A DNA stretch of 64,000 bases, taken from NCBI RefSeq assembly GCF_048403405.1, contig NZ_CP183129.1, one strand, 5' to 3'. Origin of the DNA: Escherichia coli (GTDB lineage: Bacteria; Pseudomonadota; Gammaproteobacteria; Enterobacterales; Enterobacteriaceae). A program made the position numbers and the translations under genes. Positions 1 to 8,779 of this stretch are shown here, piece after piece. Each line of letters begins with the position of its first letter. Position 1 is the stretch's first letter. The notes beneath the pieces were generated by a model. That model made no database searches. It saw only the letters and a program-made list of their open reading frames with translations, and was not told where the DNA came from.

Positions 1-174
1 GAGCGTGAAGCCTTCGCACAGGAAGCCGGAACGACGAGTCACTATATCCAGACTCACTTAACAGGTAAGCGCAAAATGCCAGGTAAGGTATTGATGGATG
101 GGCTTTTTAAAGCCTGTAAAACAAGACAATGGCTGCGCTCAAAAGCAGAACTGGCATACTTCTTCTACTCATGA
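1..174 (+). CDS. C-terminal fragment of a phage DNA-binding regulatory protein (CII-like?), 5' end outside window
   Basis: Frame 1 is open from position 1 to TGA at 172-174 (...GKRKMPGKVLMDGLFKACKTRQWLRSKAELAYFFYS); a terminator follows. Confidence 0.3.
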   Translation, partial: EREAFAQEAGTTSHYIQTHLTGKRKMPGKVLMDGLFKACKTRQWLRSKAELAYFFYS

Positions 175-196
175 TATCCAGCTACAACCCTCTGTA

Positions 197-219
197 GACC
201 GCCACCCGGCGGTCTTTTC
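197..219 (+). terminator. Rho-independent terminator
   Basis: Hairpin GACCGCC-ACCC-GGCGGTC followed by TTTT, directly after the stop of the partial CDS. Confidence 0.5.
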
Positions 220-229
220 ATATCTATTC

Positions 230-244
230 GTACCTCAAAGGTAA
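230..244. promoter_or_regulatory. Palindrome GTACC-TCAAA-GGTAA (operator-like site 1 of a TTACC-N5-GGTAA family)
   Basis: 15-bp inverted repeat in the intergenic region upstream of the replication operon; same family recurs at five other intergenic sites. Confidence 0.4.
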
Positions 245-323
245 TAAAAAACCAAATCTGGTTGATCAAATTTTCCAATTGTGCAAAAATAGCCAATATC
301 AATAACAAAAAGGTGCGGAAAAA

Positions 324-536
324 TTGAAGATAGTAACCAGAATGGAGGCCGCAAAAGCCGGGTTAAATCGCTATTTCACAGGAAAGCGGTGCCGTCACGG
401 CCATCTCTCTGAAAGGTATGTTCTGAACGGAACATGTGTTGAATGTGCAATGAATAGCGCCAACCGCCATCGTAATGAATTTGCTTGTGCACTAAAGAGT
501 GCAAGAGGGGAAACCTATGGCAAGCAGCTGGATTAA
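324..536 (+). CDS. Small Cys/His-rich protein (putative zinc-finger regulator); alternative ATG start at 342
   Basis: ORF with TTG start preceded by AAAGGTG; motif CRHGH...CVEC; overlaps the start of the next gene. Confidence 0.35.
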   Translation: MKIVTRMEAAKAGLNRYFTGKRCRHGHLSERYVLNGTCVECAMNSANRHRNEFACALKSARGETYGKQLD

Positions 537-1347
537 GGTTGAAGTTATCACTCCTGATAAACCTGAAATTTTTCAGATAGCAGAAATTCTGGGTATTGAT
601 CCAGATGCTGTTCTTGGAAAGCTGGTTCGTATATGGGCATGGGCTGACCAGCAAACAATAGACGGTAACGCTGGCAGCGTTACAAAAGGAGTACTTGATA
701 GACTCGCTTTTATTACAGGATTTGCTGACGCCCTCATTAGCGTCGGATGGCTTGCTTATCATGACGGCAAACTAATTCTTCCAAACTTTGAGCGACACAA
801 TGGAGAATCATCGAAAAAACGTGCACTTACGAATAGAAGAGTGGCAGAGCATCGAAAACGAGTAACGCAAAAAGTAACGCCAACAGCGTTACAAAAGGAG
901 TTACCAGAGGAAGAGGAAGAGGAAGATATATATAAAACCCCACACATAGCGCACGTGCGCGAGAGTGCTCCGACCAGTGAGTCGAGTGGTACGCCGTTGC
1001 AGGCAGCAGAACCTGCATCCCTGGATGGCCTGAGTGAACCCATCGGGAAATTTCCGATGACCGATGGCTGGCATCCGTCGCCGGATTTTCGACGGCGTGC
1101 TGCGCTGTGGGGAACGGCCCTGCCGGAACCGGAATTTACACCTGCTGAACTTGCTGCATTCCGGGATTACTGGATGGCTGAGGGCAAAGTGTTCACGCAG
1201 GTTCAGTGGGAACAAAAATTCGCCAGGCACGTAAATCATATCAGGGGAAAATCAAAAAACGCCGGGAAAAGCGATGAGCTTGACTGGAATAACACTGACT
1301 GGATAGAAGGGGTGTGGGATGAAATCAACTCCAGAACTTCTCAATGA
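517..1347 (+). CDS. Phage replication initiation protein (O-like replisome organiser with DnaT-like C-terminal domain)
   Basis: ATG at 517 preceded by GAGGGG; N-terminal WIKVEV...IWAWADQQ organiser-like region, acidic linker, C-terminal [10 protein letters not shown]...WEQKFARHV; directly upstream of a P-like gene. Confidence 0.55.
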   Translation: MASSWIKVEVITPDKPEIFQIAEILGIDPDAVLGKLVRIWAWADQQTIDGNAGSVTKGVLDRLAFITGFADALISVGWLAYHDGKLILPNFERHNGESSKKRALTNRRVAEHRKRVTQKVTPTALQKELPEEEEEEDIYKTPHIAHVRESAPTSESSGTPLQAAEPASLDGLSEPIGKFPMTDGWHPSPDFRRRAALWGTALPEPEFTPAELAAFRDYWMAEGKVFTQVQWEQKFARHVNHIRGKSKNAGKSDELDWNNTDWIEGVWDEINSRTSQ

Positions 1348-2095
1348 GTACGATCGCTTACGTGAGCATGGTGTTGCTGTGCATGAAGAGCGGCGTGACA
1401 GCAATGGCAAAAAGGAGCAGGTCGCTAGAATTTTCAATGAACTATTTGTCCAGTTACAGGCTGCATTTCCCGCAAGCGTTTCGACCATAAGGGAGCAGAA
1501 CAAACTTAATGAATTCCGTAAGCAATGGATGCTTGCGTTTCTGGAGAATGGGATCACAACAATGGAACAGGTTAACGCTGGTATGCGCCACGCCCGCGCC
1601 AGTGAGTCTCCGTTCTGGCCGTCGCCAGGGCAATTTATCAAGTGGTGTAAAGACAGCAAGATGGTTCTTGGCGTCACCATTGACGATGTGATGGCGGAGT
1701 TTCACCGGTACAGCAAGGAAAAAAGTTTATATCCTGGTGGTCCCGAAAGATTCCCGTGGCGGCATCCGGTTATGTACTGGGTCGTATGTGATACCCGCCG
1801 TGCAATGTATCAGCGCCAGCTTAGCGAGATTGAAGTTGAGAAACACGCGCGCAGGCTGCTCGATGATTGGGCGAAAAAGGTGGCTTCCGGGCAGCAGATA
1901 CCCGATCCGGTGATCAGCATACAGGCAAAGCCAGAACCCATGAGTACGCCTCCGGACACAGGGAGAGACGTTTACCACCCGCCAGGGCGAAGTTTCGGGT
2001 GCATGCCTAACGCCGCCACCCTTGGGGGAATAACACCGGCTCAGTGGCTGATGGAGGAATACAGGCGGGGAAAGGCGGCAGGATTTATCAAGTAA
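1319..2095 (+). CDS. Lambda P-like replicative helicase loader
   Basis: Translation aligns with recalled lambda P: FPAS...[30 protein letters not shown]...[10 protein letters not shown]. Confidence 0.8.
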   Translation: MKSTPELLNEYDRLREHGVAVHEERRDSNGKKEQVARIFNELFVQLQAAFPASVSTIREQNKLNEFRKQWMLAFLENGITTMEQVNAGMRHARASESPFWPSPGQFIKWCKDSKMVLGVTIDDVMAEFHRYSKEKSLYPGGPERFPWRHPVMYWVVCDTRRAMYQRQLSEIEVEKHARRLLDDWAKKVASGQQIPDPVISIQAKPEPMSTPPDTGRDVYHPPGRSFGCMPNAATLGGITPAQWLMEEYRRGKAAGFIK

Positions 2096-2132
2096 TACCA
2101 GCGCGATAGCGCATTTTTTTACGCCTTGATAA

Positions 2133-2147
2133 TTACCTGCAGGGTAA
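2133..2147. promoter_or_regulatory. Palindrome TTACC-TGCAG-GGTAA (operator-like site 2)
   Basis: Perfect 5-bp arms with 5-bp spacer, between a TTGATA -35-like hexamer and the DUF1064 gene. Confidence 0.45.
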
Positions 2148-2194
2148 CAAAATATTCTAAACTCTATTGATTTCGTGTCTTATGTGGTTTTTAA

Positions 2195-2209
2195 TTACCT
2201 CAGAGGTAA
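2195..2209. promoter_or_regulatory. Palindrome TTACC-TCAGA-GGTAA (operator-like site 3), overlapping the ribosome-binding region of the gene at 2213
   Basis: Perfect palindrome ending 3 nt before the ATG; its right arm AGGTAA doubles as a Shine-Dalgarno-like sequence; preceded by TATGTGGTT. Confidence 0.45.
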
Positions 2210-2212
2210 ATC

Positions 2213-2557
2213 ATGAGAAAACAGATACAGGCTCTTGGTCGACTCAAAACAGGCCAGATGAACAAAACAGAATCTGCGTATTGCCAGCACCTTGAGCTGC
2301 GTAAACGTGCAGGGGAAATCGCCTGGTATCGATTCGAGGGTATCAAGCTGCGGTTAGCTGACAACACGTTCTATACGCCCGATTTTGCTGTGATGCTCGC
2401 CACCGGCGAGATGGAACTGCACGAAGTGAAAGGTTTCTGGACCGACGACGCTAGGGTGAAAACCAAAGTCGCCGCAGATCAGTATCCGTTCCGAATCATC
2501 GGGGTAACGGTTAAACCAAAGAAAGCAGGTGGTGGCTGGAACATCGAAGAGTTCTGA
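2213..2557 (+). CDS. DUF1064 family phage protein
   Basis: 114 aa with the DUF1064-like pattern (ESAYCQHLELRKRAGEI...YTPDF...HEVKG) as recalled; typical early-region position. Confidence 0.55.
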   Translation: MRKQIQALGRLKTGQMNKTESAYCQHLELRKRAGEIAWYRFEGIKLRLADNTFYTPDFAVMLATGEMELHEVKGFWTDDARVKTKVAADQYPFRIIGVTVKPKKAGGGWNIEEF

Positions 2558-2609
2558 ATCGACGATCTTTTTAGTTATCAATGTAATCAATAAGTTATGT
2601 GGATAAGCG

Positions 2610-3239
2610 ATGGTAAAGATGGAAAGTAATATCAAAGGGTTAGTTGCCGCCGGGCATGAGATGGCTTCGGAACTGAAAGCTGAATGTGGTGCCGTTGATA
2701 TGCGTAGTGTGGCAAAGCTGCTCAGCGATTTGGCAACGCAACTGGAAGTGCAACTGGTGCGTGCTAATGCGCTGGCCGAAGACCAACAGAGAGCGATTGA
2801 GTCAATTAAGCAGGCTGATTCGGCTGTTAAGTTGGCACACAAGAAGTTTTCGGAGCTGGCAGCGGAGAATGCGGCACTGAAGGCTGCGCACCCTCAACCA
2901 TTCGGACCTGAGATGATGAAGGCTCTTGATGCGTATGAGAAGTATCAGGATGAAGTGCCGGAGACTGGGATGCTCAATGCATTTTTCATCTTGCGCGACA
3001 GTATCCGTGTTGACACCCCAGCCACCGATGCTTTCCTGGCTGAAGTGCGGGCGCAGGGCGTGGATGCTGCTATAGAAGCTGCAAAAAATCTGGTGGCCCA
3101 AGAATATGAGTATAAGGATTTCAAAGCGGCGCAGAGTGATTGCTGTATGCACCCTGGTTCAGATCTGGTAGGGAAGGTTGAAATGACTGAGTGGTTAGTT
3201 GACTTTGCTGCCCAGCTTCGCAAAGGAGGCAACCAGTGA
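2610..3239 (+). CDS. Hypothetical phage protein (alpha-helical/coiled-coil)
   Basis: 209-aa ORF in the early operon, no overlap conflicts, no recognisable family. Confidence 0.45.
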   Translation: MVKMESNIKGLVAAGHEMASELKAECGAVDMRSVAKLLSDLATQLEVQLVRANALAEDQQRAIESIKQADSAVKLAHKKFSELAAENAALKAAHPQPFGPEMMKALDAYEKYQDEVPETGMLNAFFILRDSIRVDTPATDAFLAEVRAQGVDAAIEAAKNLVAQEYEYKDFKAAQSDCCMHPGSDLVGKVEMTEWLVDFAAQLRKGGNQ

Positions 3240-3763
3240 GCAAGATTGACTATCAGGCACTGCGTGAAAAGGCAGAGAAAGCAACGTGTGGTGTGTGGTC
3301 GCTCGAATATGGAGAGGGACGATTTGATGGTGATGATGCGCTAATTCATCGTGAAGTTGCTGGATATATTCCCATTTGCAGAATTGAAGGAGCGCATCCT
3401 GAAAGCGGTTTCGATGAAGATTTCCAAACTGAACAGCAGGCCAATGCTGAATTCATCGCCGCAGCCAATCCGGCTACTGTGCTGGCGCTTCTGGATGAAC
3501 GGGAAAGAAACCAGCAATACATCAAACGCCGCGACCAGGAGAACGAGGATATTGCGCTAACGGTAGGGAAGCTGCGCGTTGAGCTGGAAGCCGCAGAGAA
3601 GCGCATAGCAGAACTGGAAGCGCGGGAAATACTGCTCCCTGAACGTAGCAGCATGCTTCATCGAACAGATTTTCACGATGATTACCAAACGGTAATGGCA
3701 TACAAAGTTTCTGAAGTCATCGATGCAATCCGCGCTACTGGCATTCGCATCAAAGGAGAGTGA
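3236..3763 (+). CDS. Ead/Ea22-like protein
   Basis: GTG start after AAAGGAGG; MSKIDYQALREKAEKA... N-terminus and coiled-coil C-terminus typical of Ead/Ea22-like early proteins (recalled). Confidence 0.55.
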   Translation: MSKIDYQALREKAEKATCGVWSLEYGEGRFDGDDALIHREVAGYIPICRIEGAHPESGFDEDFQTEQQANAEFIAAANPATVLALLDERERNQQYIKRRDQENEDIALTVGKLRVELEAAEKRIAELEAREILLPERSSMLHRTDFHDDYQTVMAYKVSEVIDAIRATGIRIKGE

Positions 3764-3764
3764 C

Positions 3765-4121
3765 GTGGAAATAAATCCAGAAGATGAGTTAAGCAATATC
3801 GTTTTATTTCCGGTAAAAGAGGATGACCCACGTAATCAGGTTAATTTTCTTTATGAGCCATCGGAAAGACCATACTGCCATCACGCTTCTGTCCGGGTTG
3901 ACGAAAAAGAGCGTCAGGTCCGCTGTAAAATCTGCGGTGCAGTTGTGGAGCCGTTTGACTGGATGCTCTCTGTGGCGAAAAGAGAAACCAGACTGGCAGA
4001 TGATGTAAGGCTATTGCGCCAGGAGGAACAGGAAAGGCGGAAAAATATAGAAAAGTTAATTCAGATTGAGCGTAACGCGAAAGCGCGGATACGCAGGGCG
4101 ACAAAATCCAGAACTGAATAA
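3765..4121 (+). CDS. Hypothetical protein with zinc-ribbon-like CHH...CKIC motif
   Basis: GTG at 3765 immediately after the Ead stop, with RBS AAAGGAGAG upstream; 118 aa, basic C-terminus. Confidence 0.4.
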   Translation: MEINPEDELSNIVLFPVKEDDPRNQVNFLYEPSERPYCHHASVRVDEKERQVRCKICGAVVEPFDWMLSVAKRETRLADDVRLLRQEEQERRKNIEKLIQIERNAKARIRRATKSRTE

Positions 4122-4216
4122 TTAAATTTAGCACTGTTAAAAATTTTATCCTTAACCGGAGGGATTTCTGCACCCTCAGAACATCAGGAGGCCGCCCGAA
4201 AGGGCGGTAATGAAAA

Positions 4217-4981
4217 ATGACTGAATTAACAAAAGAGCAATTAATCGAAGAAGCCAAATTAAAAATAGCGATTGCGAAATGCCACACGAATTCAGGGATG
4301 GCACGGGTAGAGGGTGAGTTATTCAAAATTGCACTGGCATCGCTGGAAGCAGATCCAGTTGCTTATATTTTCAAACATCCGGCCGGGAAATTATTCTGGG
4401 CTTTGACGGATGAAAGCAATAAAGAGCAATCGGACGTTATTCCTGTTTATGCCGCCCCTCCAGTGCCAGTAGTACCTGAAGAAAAACCAATGCCTAACCC
4501 TCTTAAAATGTACGCGGTCGATGCTGTTGCCGCTATTGCAGAGGTGAGAGGCTGGAACGCCTGCCGCGCCGCCATGCTTCAGGCCGAACCTGTAAGTAAT
4601 AGTGATGAGTTACCGCTGGACTATCTGCAAGGACACAAAGACGGCCTGGAGTGGGCTGCACAATTGGCAGAAGCCAATCATCCGCAAACAGGTGACTGGT
4701 TGTACGACGACCCAATCGATCTTGCCAGGGCGATTCGCAAAGGTCCTGATATGCCTACTGTTCAGGCTGGCAACTATCCGGTAACTCCGGATGGTTGGAT
4801 AAGCTGTAGTGAGCGAATGCCCGCTCAAGATGATTGGATTTTAATTTATTCAAAGCACGGCGAGTATATGGCAGGACAGGTACAAGGGGAATACGTGGAG
4901 TTGAGCGACGGCACTTTATCGTGGTTAGGGAACGCCTTGTACTGGATGCCTCTACCGGAACCGCCGCAGGAGGTTAATTGA
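4217..4981 (+). CDS. DUF551 domain protein
   Basis: C-terminus ...DGTLSWLGNALYWMPLPEPPQ matches the characteristic DUF551 ending (recalled). Confidence 0.5.
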   Translation: MTELTKEQLIEEAKLKIAIAKCHTNSGMARVEGELFKIALASLEADPVAYIFKHPAGKLFWALTDESNKEQSDVIPVYAAPPVPVVPEEKPMPNPLKMYAVDAVAAIAEVRGWNACRAAMLQAEPVSNSDELPLDYLQGHKDGLEWAAQLAEANHPQTGDWLYDDPIDLARAIRKGPDMPTVQAGNYPVTPDGWISCSERMPAQDDWILIYSKHGEYMAGQVQGEYVELSDGTLSWLGNALYWMPLPEPPQEVN

Positions 4982-5265
4982 TGGTCTCCTTCGCGAAATA
5001 TACGATTATTGACTGGATAGCATTCATTCAGGTTTTGCTCATCTGGTTTTATATGGCTTACAGGAGTGGACAGTGGATTGTCAGTGTAGCCTGTAGCAAT
5101 GGATGGCGTTGGTGGAACCGAAAGAATAAAAAAGCGCTGGCCTTGGCTTCGTTTTACGAAGCATTCAATCTTAACAGTCTTCAGCCTGGTTCTGTCGTTG
5201 TAGTCACCACTCAAAGCGGCATGACGATACAAATTCACAAGCCAAAGGAGGAAGGTCGTGGCTAA
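4978..5265 (+). CDS. Small hydrophobic hypothetical protein
   Basis: 95-aa ORF translationally coupled to its neighbours (ATGA overlap); Trp/aromatic-rich. Confidence 0.35.
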   Translation: MMVSFAKYTIIDWIAFIQVLLIWFYMAYRSGQWIVSVACSNGWRWWNRKNKKALALASFYEAFNLNSLQPGSVVVVTTQSGMTIQIHKPKEEGRG

Positions 5266-5539
5266 CCTGCAACTTGCCGTTAAAGGTGAATACTTCGATG
5301 CCATGATTCGCGGGGAGAAAACGGAAGAGTATCGCCTGTGTAATGACTACTGGAATAAGCGAATTATGTTCCGCGAGTATGACCGCCTGATTATCACAAA
5401 GGGATATCAGAAGCGCGACGATTCCAGCCGCAGAATTGACGTCCCGTATGACGGATATGAAATCAAGACAATCACACATCCGCACTTCGGCGATAAACCG
5501 GTAAAGGTGTTCGCTATAAAGGTGAATATTGATGGCTAA
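5258..5539 (+). CDS. Hypothetical protein (ASCH/PUA-like?)
   Basis: 93-aa ORF with RBS AAGGAGG upstream; family assignment is a weak recollection. Confidence 0.35.
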   Translation: MANLQLAVKGEYFDAMIRGEKTEEYRLCNDYWNKRIMFREYDRLIITKGYQKRDDSSRRIDVPYDGYEIKTITHPHFGDKPVKVFAIKVNIDG

Positions 5540-5870
5540 ATCAGCAGCAGAGCGCAAAGCCGCGCAGCGCGCTCGGCAGTCCGCCGCCGGTGAGCGCAAA
5601 ATTGAACTGGTGCTGGATAAGCAGGAGCAGGAAATGCTGGCGCGGAACTGCGCCGCCCGGCGCCCTGGTCACGATCCCTATGAAATGGCCGAGTACATCG
5701 CGCTGCTGATCCGCCAGGATGATGCACGTGTGCGCGGGCGTATAAAATCGATCAGTAGAAAACGTTGCGGTAAGTGCGGCGAGAGAGTTCCAGTTAATTC
5801 ATGTCCGTGTAATGGTGACTCGCAATGCTGGGTGACTAAAGGCTGGCATGAAACGAAATTAATAGTGTGA
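5529..5870 (+). CDS. Hypothetical protein with C-terminal Cys cluster (CGKCGERVPVNSCPC)
   Basis: 113-aa ORF, last gene before a terminator hairpin. Confidence 0.4.
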   Translation: MMAKSAAERKAAQRARQSAAGERKIELVLDKQEQEMLARNCAARRPGHDPYEMAEYIALLIRQDDARVRGRIKSISRKRCGKCGERVPVNSCPCNGDSQCWVTKGWHETKLIV

Positions 5871-5919
5871 CATGTCACGAGTAGATTATGCATGATGAAT
5901 TTGATGGGTTTTGAATACT

Positions 5920-5945
5920 GCCGCCAACTATGGCGGCTTTATTTT
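5920..5945 (+). terminator. Rho-independent terminator closing the early gene block
   Basis: Hairpin GCCGCC-AACTAT-GGCGGC followed by TTTATTTT. Confidence 0.5.
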
Positions 5946-5952
5946 GCATGGT

Positions 5953-5981
5953 ACTATTACCACAACGGTAACTATTACCAC
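5953..5981 (+). repeat. Direct repeat ACTATTACCAC x2 (18-bp period) upstream of the terminase small subunit gene
   Basis: Two exact 11-mers at 5953-5963 and 5971-5981 between the terminator and the terS start. Confidence 0.5.
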
Positions 5982-5988
5982 GGTGGTT

Positions 5989-6585
5989 ATGATGCCTGCT
6001 GAACCTAAAACCTATAAACGCAAATCAACGCAATTTAAGCCGCTCACAGCAATGCAGGAGGCTTATTGCCAGTCATACATCAAAACGCCTGAAAACCAGA
6101 CTCAGGCAGCGATTAACGCAGGATTCTCCCCAAATACAGCGGCAGTTAAAGCCAGTGTCATGATGCGCGATGAACGCATTCAAAAACGGATTGCCGAGTT
6201 GATGGAGGAGCGCAACAAACGAATGCGCGTCAGTGCTGATTACGTTCTCATGCGCCTGGTGGAGATCGACCAGATGGACGTGATCGATATCCTCAACGAC
6301 GATGGGAGCCTTAAACCAATCCGCGAGTGGCCGAAAATCTGGCGCACTACGCTTAGTGGCTTTGATCTGTCATCGACCATCATGAACATGAACGAGGATT
6401 CGATAGAGACAATCCTCAAAAAAATTAAATGGCCTGACAAGGTGAAGAACCTCGAACTGATTGGTAAGCACGTCGACGTCAACGCATTCAAAGAACGCCT
6501 GGATGTTAATGTGAATGTGACAATTGCTGATCGCATAGCGGCAGCCAGGAAGCGACTCAAAGAACGTCAGGATGGTAATCAGTGA
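5989..6585 (+). CDS. Terminase small subunit
   Basis: Placed directly upstream of and overlapping the large terminase; helical DNA-binding-type N-terminus; ATG pair at 5989/5992 after GGTGG (upstream in-frame Thr-rich extension from 5911 judged non-coding). Confidence 0.55.
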   Translation: MMPAEPKTYKRKSTQFKPLTAMQEAYCQSYIKTPENQTQAAINAGFSPNTAAVKASVMMRDERIQKRIAELMEERNKRMRVSADYVLMRLVEIDQMDVIDILNDDGSLKPIREWPKIWRTTLSGFDLSSTIMNMNEDSIETILKKIKWPDKVKNLELIGKHVDVNAFKERLDVNVNVTIADRIAAARKRLKERQDGNQ

Positions 6586-8057
6586 CAGATACAGCGTTAT
6601 CTCCTGAAGAGCAGTTGATCGAGGATATTGCAGGGTTTACTCACGATCCGCTTGGTTATGCCCTCTATGCGTTCCCGTGGGGGGAAGAGGGTACTGAACT
6701 GGCACATGCTACCGGCCCACGTCAGTGGCAGGCTGATGCGTTCCGAGAGATACGTGATCACCTGCAGAATCCAGAGACGCGCTATCAGCCGCTTATGCTG
6801 GCACGCGCTTCTGGTCACGGTATTGGTAAATCCGCATTCATCTCAATGCTGATCAACTGGGGCATGTCCACTTGCGAGGATTGTAAGGTCGTGGTGACCG
6901 CCAACACCGACAACCAGCTACGAACGAAGACCTGGCCGGAAATTATCAAGTGGTCAAACCTTGCTATCACGAAAGACTGGTTTACCTGTACCGCTACCGC
7001 GATGTACAGCAATGACCCTGGGCACGACAAGCGGTGGCGCGCTGACGCAATCCCCTGGTCTGAGCACAACACTGAGGCGTTCGCGGGACTACACAACGAG
7101 CGCAAACGCATCATCGTGGTGTTTGATGAAGCGTCGAACATTGCGGATCTGGTGTGGGAAGTTGCCGAGGGTGCGCTTACGGACGAAGACACCGAAATCA
7201 TCTGGGTGGCGTTCGGGAACCCGACGCGTAACACCGGGCGTTTCCGTGAGTGTTTCCGCAAGTACAAACACCGCTGGAAGTGTGCGCAGATTGACAGCCG
7301 GACGGTGGAAGGCACCAACAAACAGCAGTTGCAGAAATGGGTTGATGACTACGGGGAAGACAGCGACTTCGTTAAAATCCGTGTGCGCGGCATATTCCCT
7401 GATGCATCTGAATTGCAGTTTATTCCTACCGGTCTTACTGACGAGGCAATGAAACGGGTGGTAACTGCTGCGCAGGTGGCACATGCTCCGGTGATAATCG
7501 GCGTTGACCCTGCATACTCCGGTGTTGATGACGCGGTGATATACCTGCGGCAGGGGCTGCACAGTAAGGTGCTGTGGACCGGCAACAAGACCATTGACGA
7601 TCTGATTATGGCAAAGCGTATCGCTGACTTTGAAGACCAGTATCAGGCTGACGCGGTGTTCATCGACTTCGGTTACGGAACCGGTTTGAAGTCAATCGGT
7701 GACGGCTGGGGTCGTACATGGCAACTTGTTCCGTTCGGCGGTGCGTCCACTGACCCGCAGATGCTTAACAAGCGTGGGGAGATGTTCAACTCATGTAAGA
7801 CATGGCTGAGGCTGGGCGGCATGCTGGATGACCAGGAAACAGCAGACGACCTGTCGGCGGCAGAGTACAAAGTTCGTGTGGACGGTAAAATCGTTATCGA
7901 ACCGAAGGAAGATATCAAAGAGCGTCTTGGGCGTTCGCCGGGTAAAGGCGATGCGCTACTGCTGACGTTTGCTTTCCCTGTGTCGAAGCGTCTGCGAATT
8001 CCTGGGCAGCAGAACCAGCAAGGCAAGGCCATCACAGATTATGACCCGTATGCTTAA
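6582..8057 (+). CDS. Terminase large subunit
   Basis: 491 aa with ATPase region (GHGIGKSAF...VVFDEASNI) and C-terminal nuclease-like region, as recalled for large terminases. Confidence 0.85.
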   Translation: MTDTALSPEEQLIEDIAGFTHDPLGYALYAFPWGEEGTELAHATGPRQWQADAFREIRDHLQNPETRYQPLMLARASGHGIGKSAFISMLINWGMSTCEDCKVVVTANTDNQLRTKTWPEIIKWSNLAITKDWFTCTATAMYSNDPGHDKRWRADAIPWSEHNTEAFAGLHNERKRIIVVFDEASNIADLVWEVAEGALTDEDTEIIWVAFGNPTRNTGRFRECFRKYKHRWKCAQIDSRTVEGTNKQQLQKWVDDYGEDSDFVKIRVRGIFPDASELQFIPTGLTDEAMKRVVTAAQVAHAPVIIGVDPAYSGVDDAVIYLRQGLHSKVLWTGNKTIDDLIMAKRIADFEDQYQADAVFIDFGYGTGLKSIGDGWGRTWQLVPFGGASTDPQMLNKRGEMFNSCKTWLRLGGMLDDQETADDLSAAEYKVRVDGKIVIEPKEDIKERLGRSPGKGDALLLTFAFPVSKRLRIPGQQNQQGKAITDYDPYA

Positions 8058-8107
8058 TCCGCTGGTGGGGATAATGTCGTTGATATCCTCTGATGAGGAT
8101 AAAACAA

Positions 8108-8135
8108 AGCCAGCTCATCGGCTGGCTGTTTGTGA
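8108..8135. terminator. Bidirectional terminator hairpin between the large terminase and the minus-strand gene
   Basis: AGCCAGC-TCATC-GGCTGGCT with a T-rich run on the minus strand and GTTTGTG on the plus strand. Confidence 0.4.
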
Positions 8136-8147
8136 CATGTCACGGTG

Positions 8148-8504
8148 TTATTGCTCGCTTAGCTTCTGCTTCAGCAAGTAACCTTCGAGCATCCAGATTT
8201 TGTTTACAGCATTCTGCCGGGCAATCTTCCGACCAATTTCTGCATCAAAGTTTTCCGGGCTTGCACAGGCGCTCTCTCCGGTGACGGTGAAGCCATTCTT
8301 CAGCACCAGTACGCAGAAAGTAAGGAGGTCTGTAGATTTATGCGCTGTCCACGCATCGCCAATGCCCATATTGGCGGCACGAATACCGTCATAAGCAGTA
8401 AAGAAATGCTCTTCAAGAATGATGCTTTCGATATATTGGGGCGTAACTCGCGGTGCCGTTTTGCCTTTCTCAACGATTTCTTTTTCGATTTGCTGGTCGT
8501 TCAT
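8148..8504 (-). CDS. Hypothetical protein encoded opposite to the packaging and head genes (moron-like)
   Basis: 118-aa ORF with RBS AGGTGAG; bracketed by hairpin terminators on both sides. Confidence 0.5.
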   Translation of the reverse strand: MNDQQIEKEIVEKGKTAPRVTPQYIESIILEEHFFTAYDGIRAANMGIGDAWTAHKSTDLLTFCVLVLKNGFTVTGESACASPENFDAEIGRKIARQNAVNKIWMLEGYLLKQKLSEQ

Positions 8505-8511
8505 AATCTCA

Positions 8512-8538
8512 CCTTAAAAAAATGCCCGGCGAACCGGG
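8512..8538 (-). terminator. Putative minus-strand terminator immediately upstream of the RBS of the 8504 gene
   Basis: Hairpin CCCGGTTCGCCGGG followed by TTTTTTT on the minus strand. Confidence 0.4.
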
Positions 8539-8614
8539 AGAACTGGAAGCAATGAGTTATGCCTTCCGTGGCTGTACGGGTTTACAGCATGAAGTCATCG
8601 CAATGGCGTCCTGC

Positions 8615-8659
8615 TGTAAAAAGGGCGGTGATAGTCCTTCAAGGGAAACCATCACCGCC
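8615..8659 (-). terminator. Putative minus-strand terminator downstream of the tRNA
   Basis: 9-bp stem GGCGGTGAT/ATCACCGCC with 18-nt loop, followed on the minus strand by CTTTTTA. Confidence 0.4.
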
Positions 8660-8702
8660 AAGCCCCTGGAACTTCTGGCATCACGGTCCTTAGGCGTGAT
8701 TC

Positions 8703-8779
8703 TGGCGTGGCATGCAGGATTCGAACCTGCGACCAACCGCTTAGAAGGCGGTTGCTCTGTCCAACTGAGCTAATGCCAC
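8703..8779 (-). tRNA. tRNA-Arg (anticodon UCU), phage-encoded
   Basis: 77-nt cloverleaf folded by hand: acceptor GTGGCAT/ATGCCAC, D-arm GCTC-AGTTGGACA-GAGC, anticodon arm ACCGC-CTTCTAA-GCGGT, T-arm GCAGG-TTCGAAT-CCTGC, discriminator G, encoded CCA. Confidence 0.85.

Noticed and set aside
4150-4216. Two hairpins (GAGGG...CCCTC and GCCGCCC-GAAA-GGGCGG) upstream of the DUF551 gene as possible terminators
   Set aside because: Neither is followed by a T-run on either strand; possibly a regulatory structure but not supportable as a terminator
5911-5988. Thr-rich N-terminal extension (GTITTTVTITTVV) of the ORF beginning at 5911, reminiscent of a thr-leader peptide
   Set aside because: The extension runs through a terminator hairpin and the ACTATTACCAC direct repeats; terS more plausibly starts at the ATG pair at 5989/5992
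8522-8773. 83-aa plus-strand ORF overlapping the tRNA-Arg gene
   Set aside because: It runs antisense through the tRNA and two terminator hairpins, has no RBS and a GC-driven composition; treated as a shadow ORF
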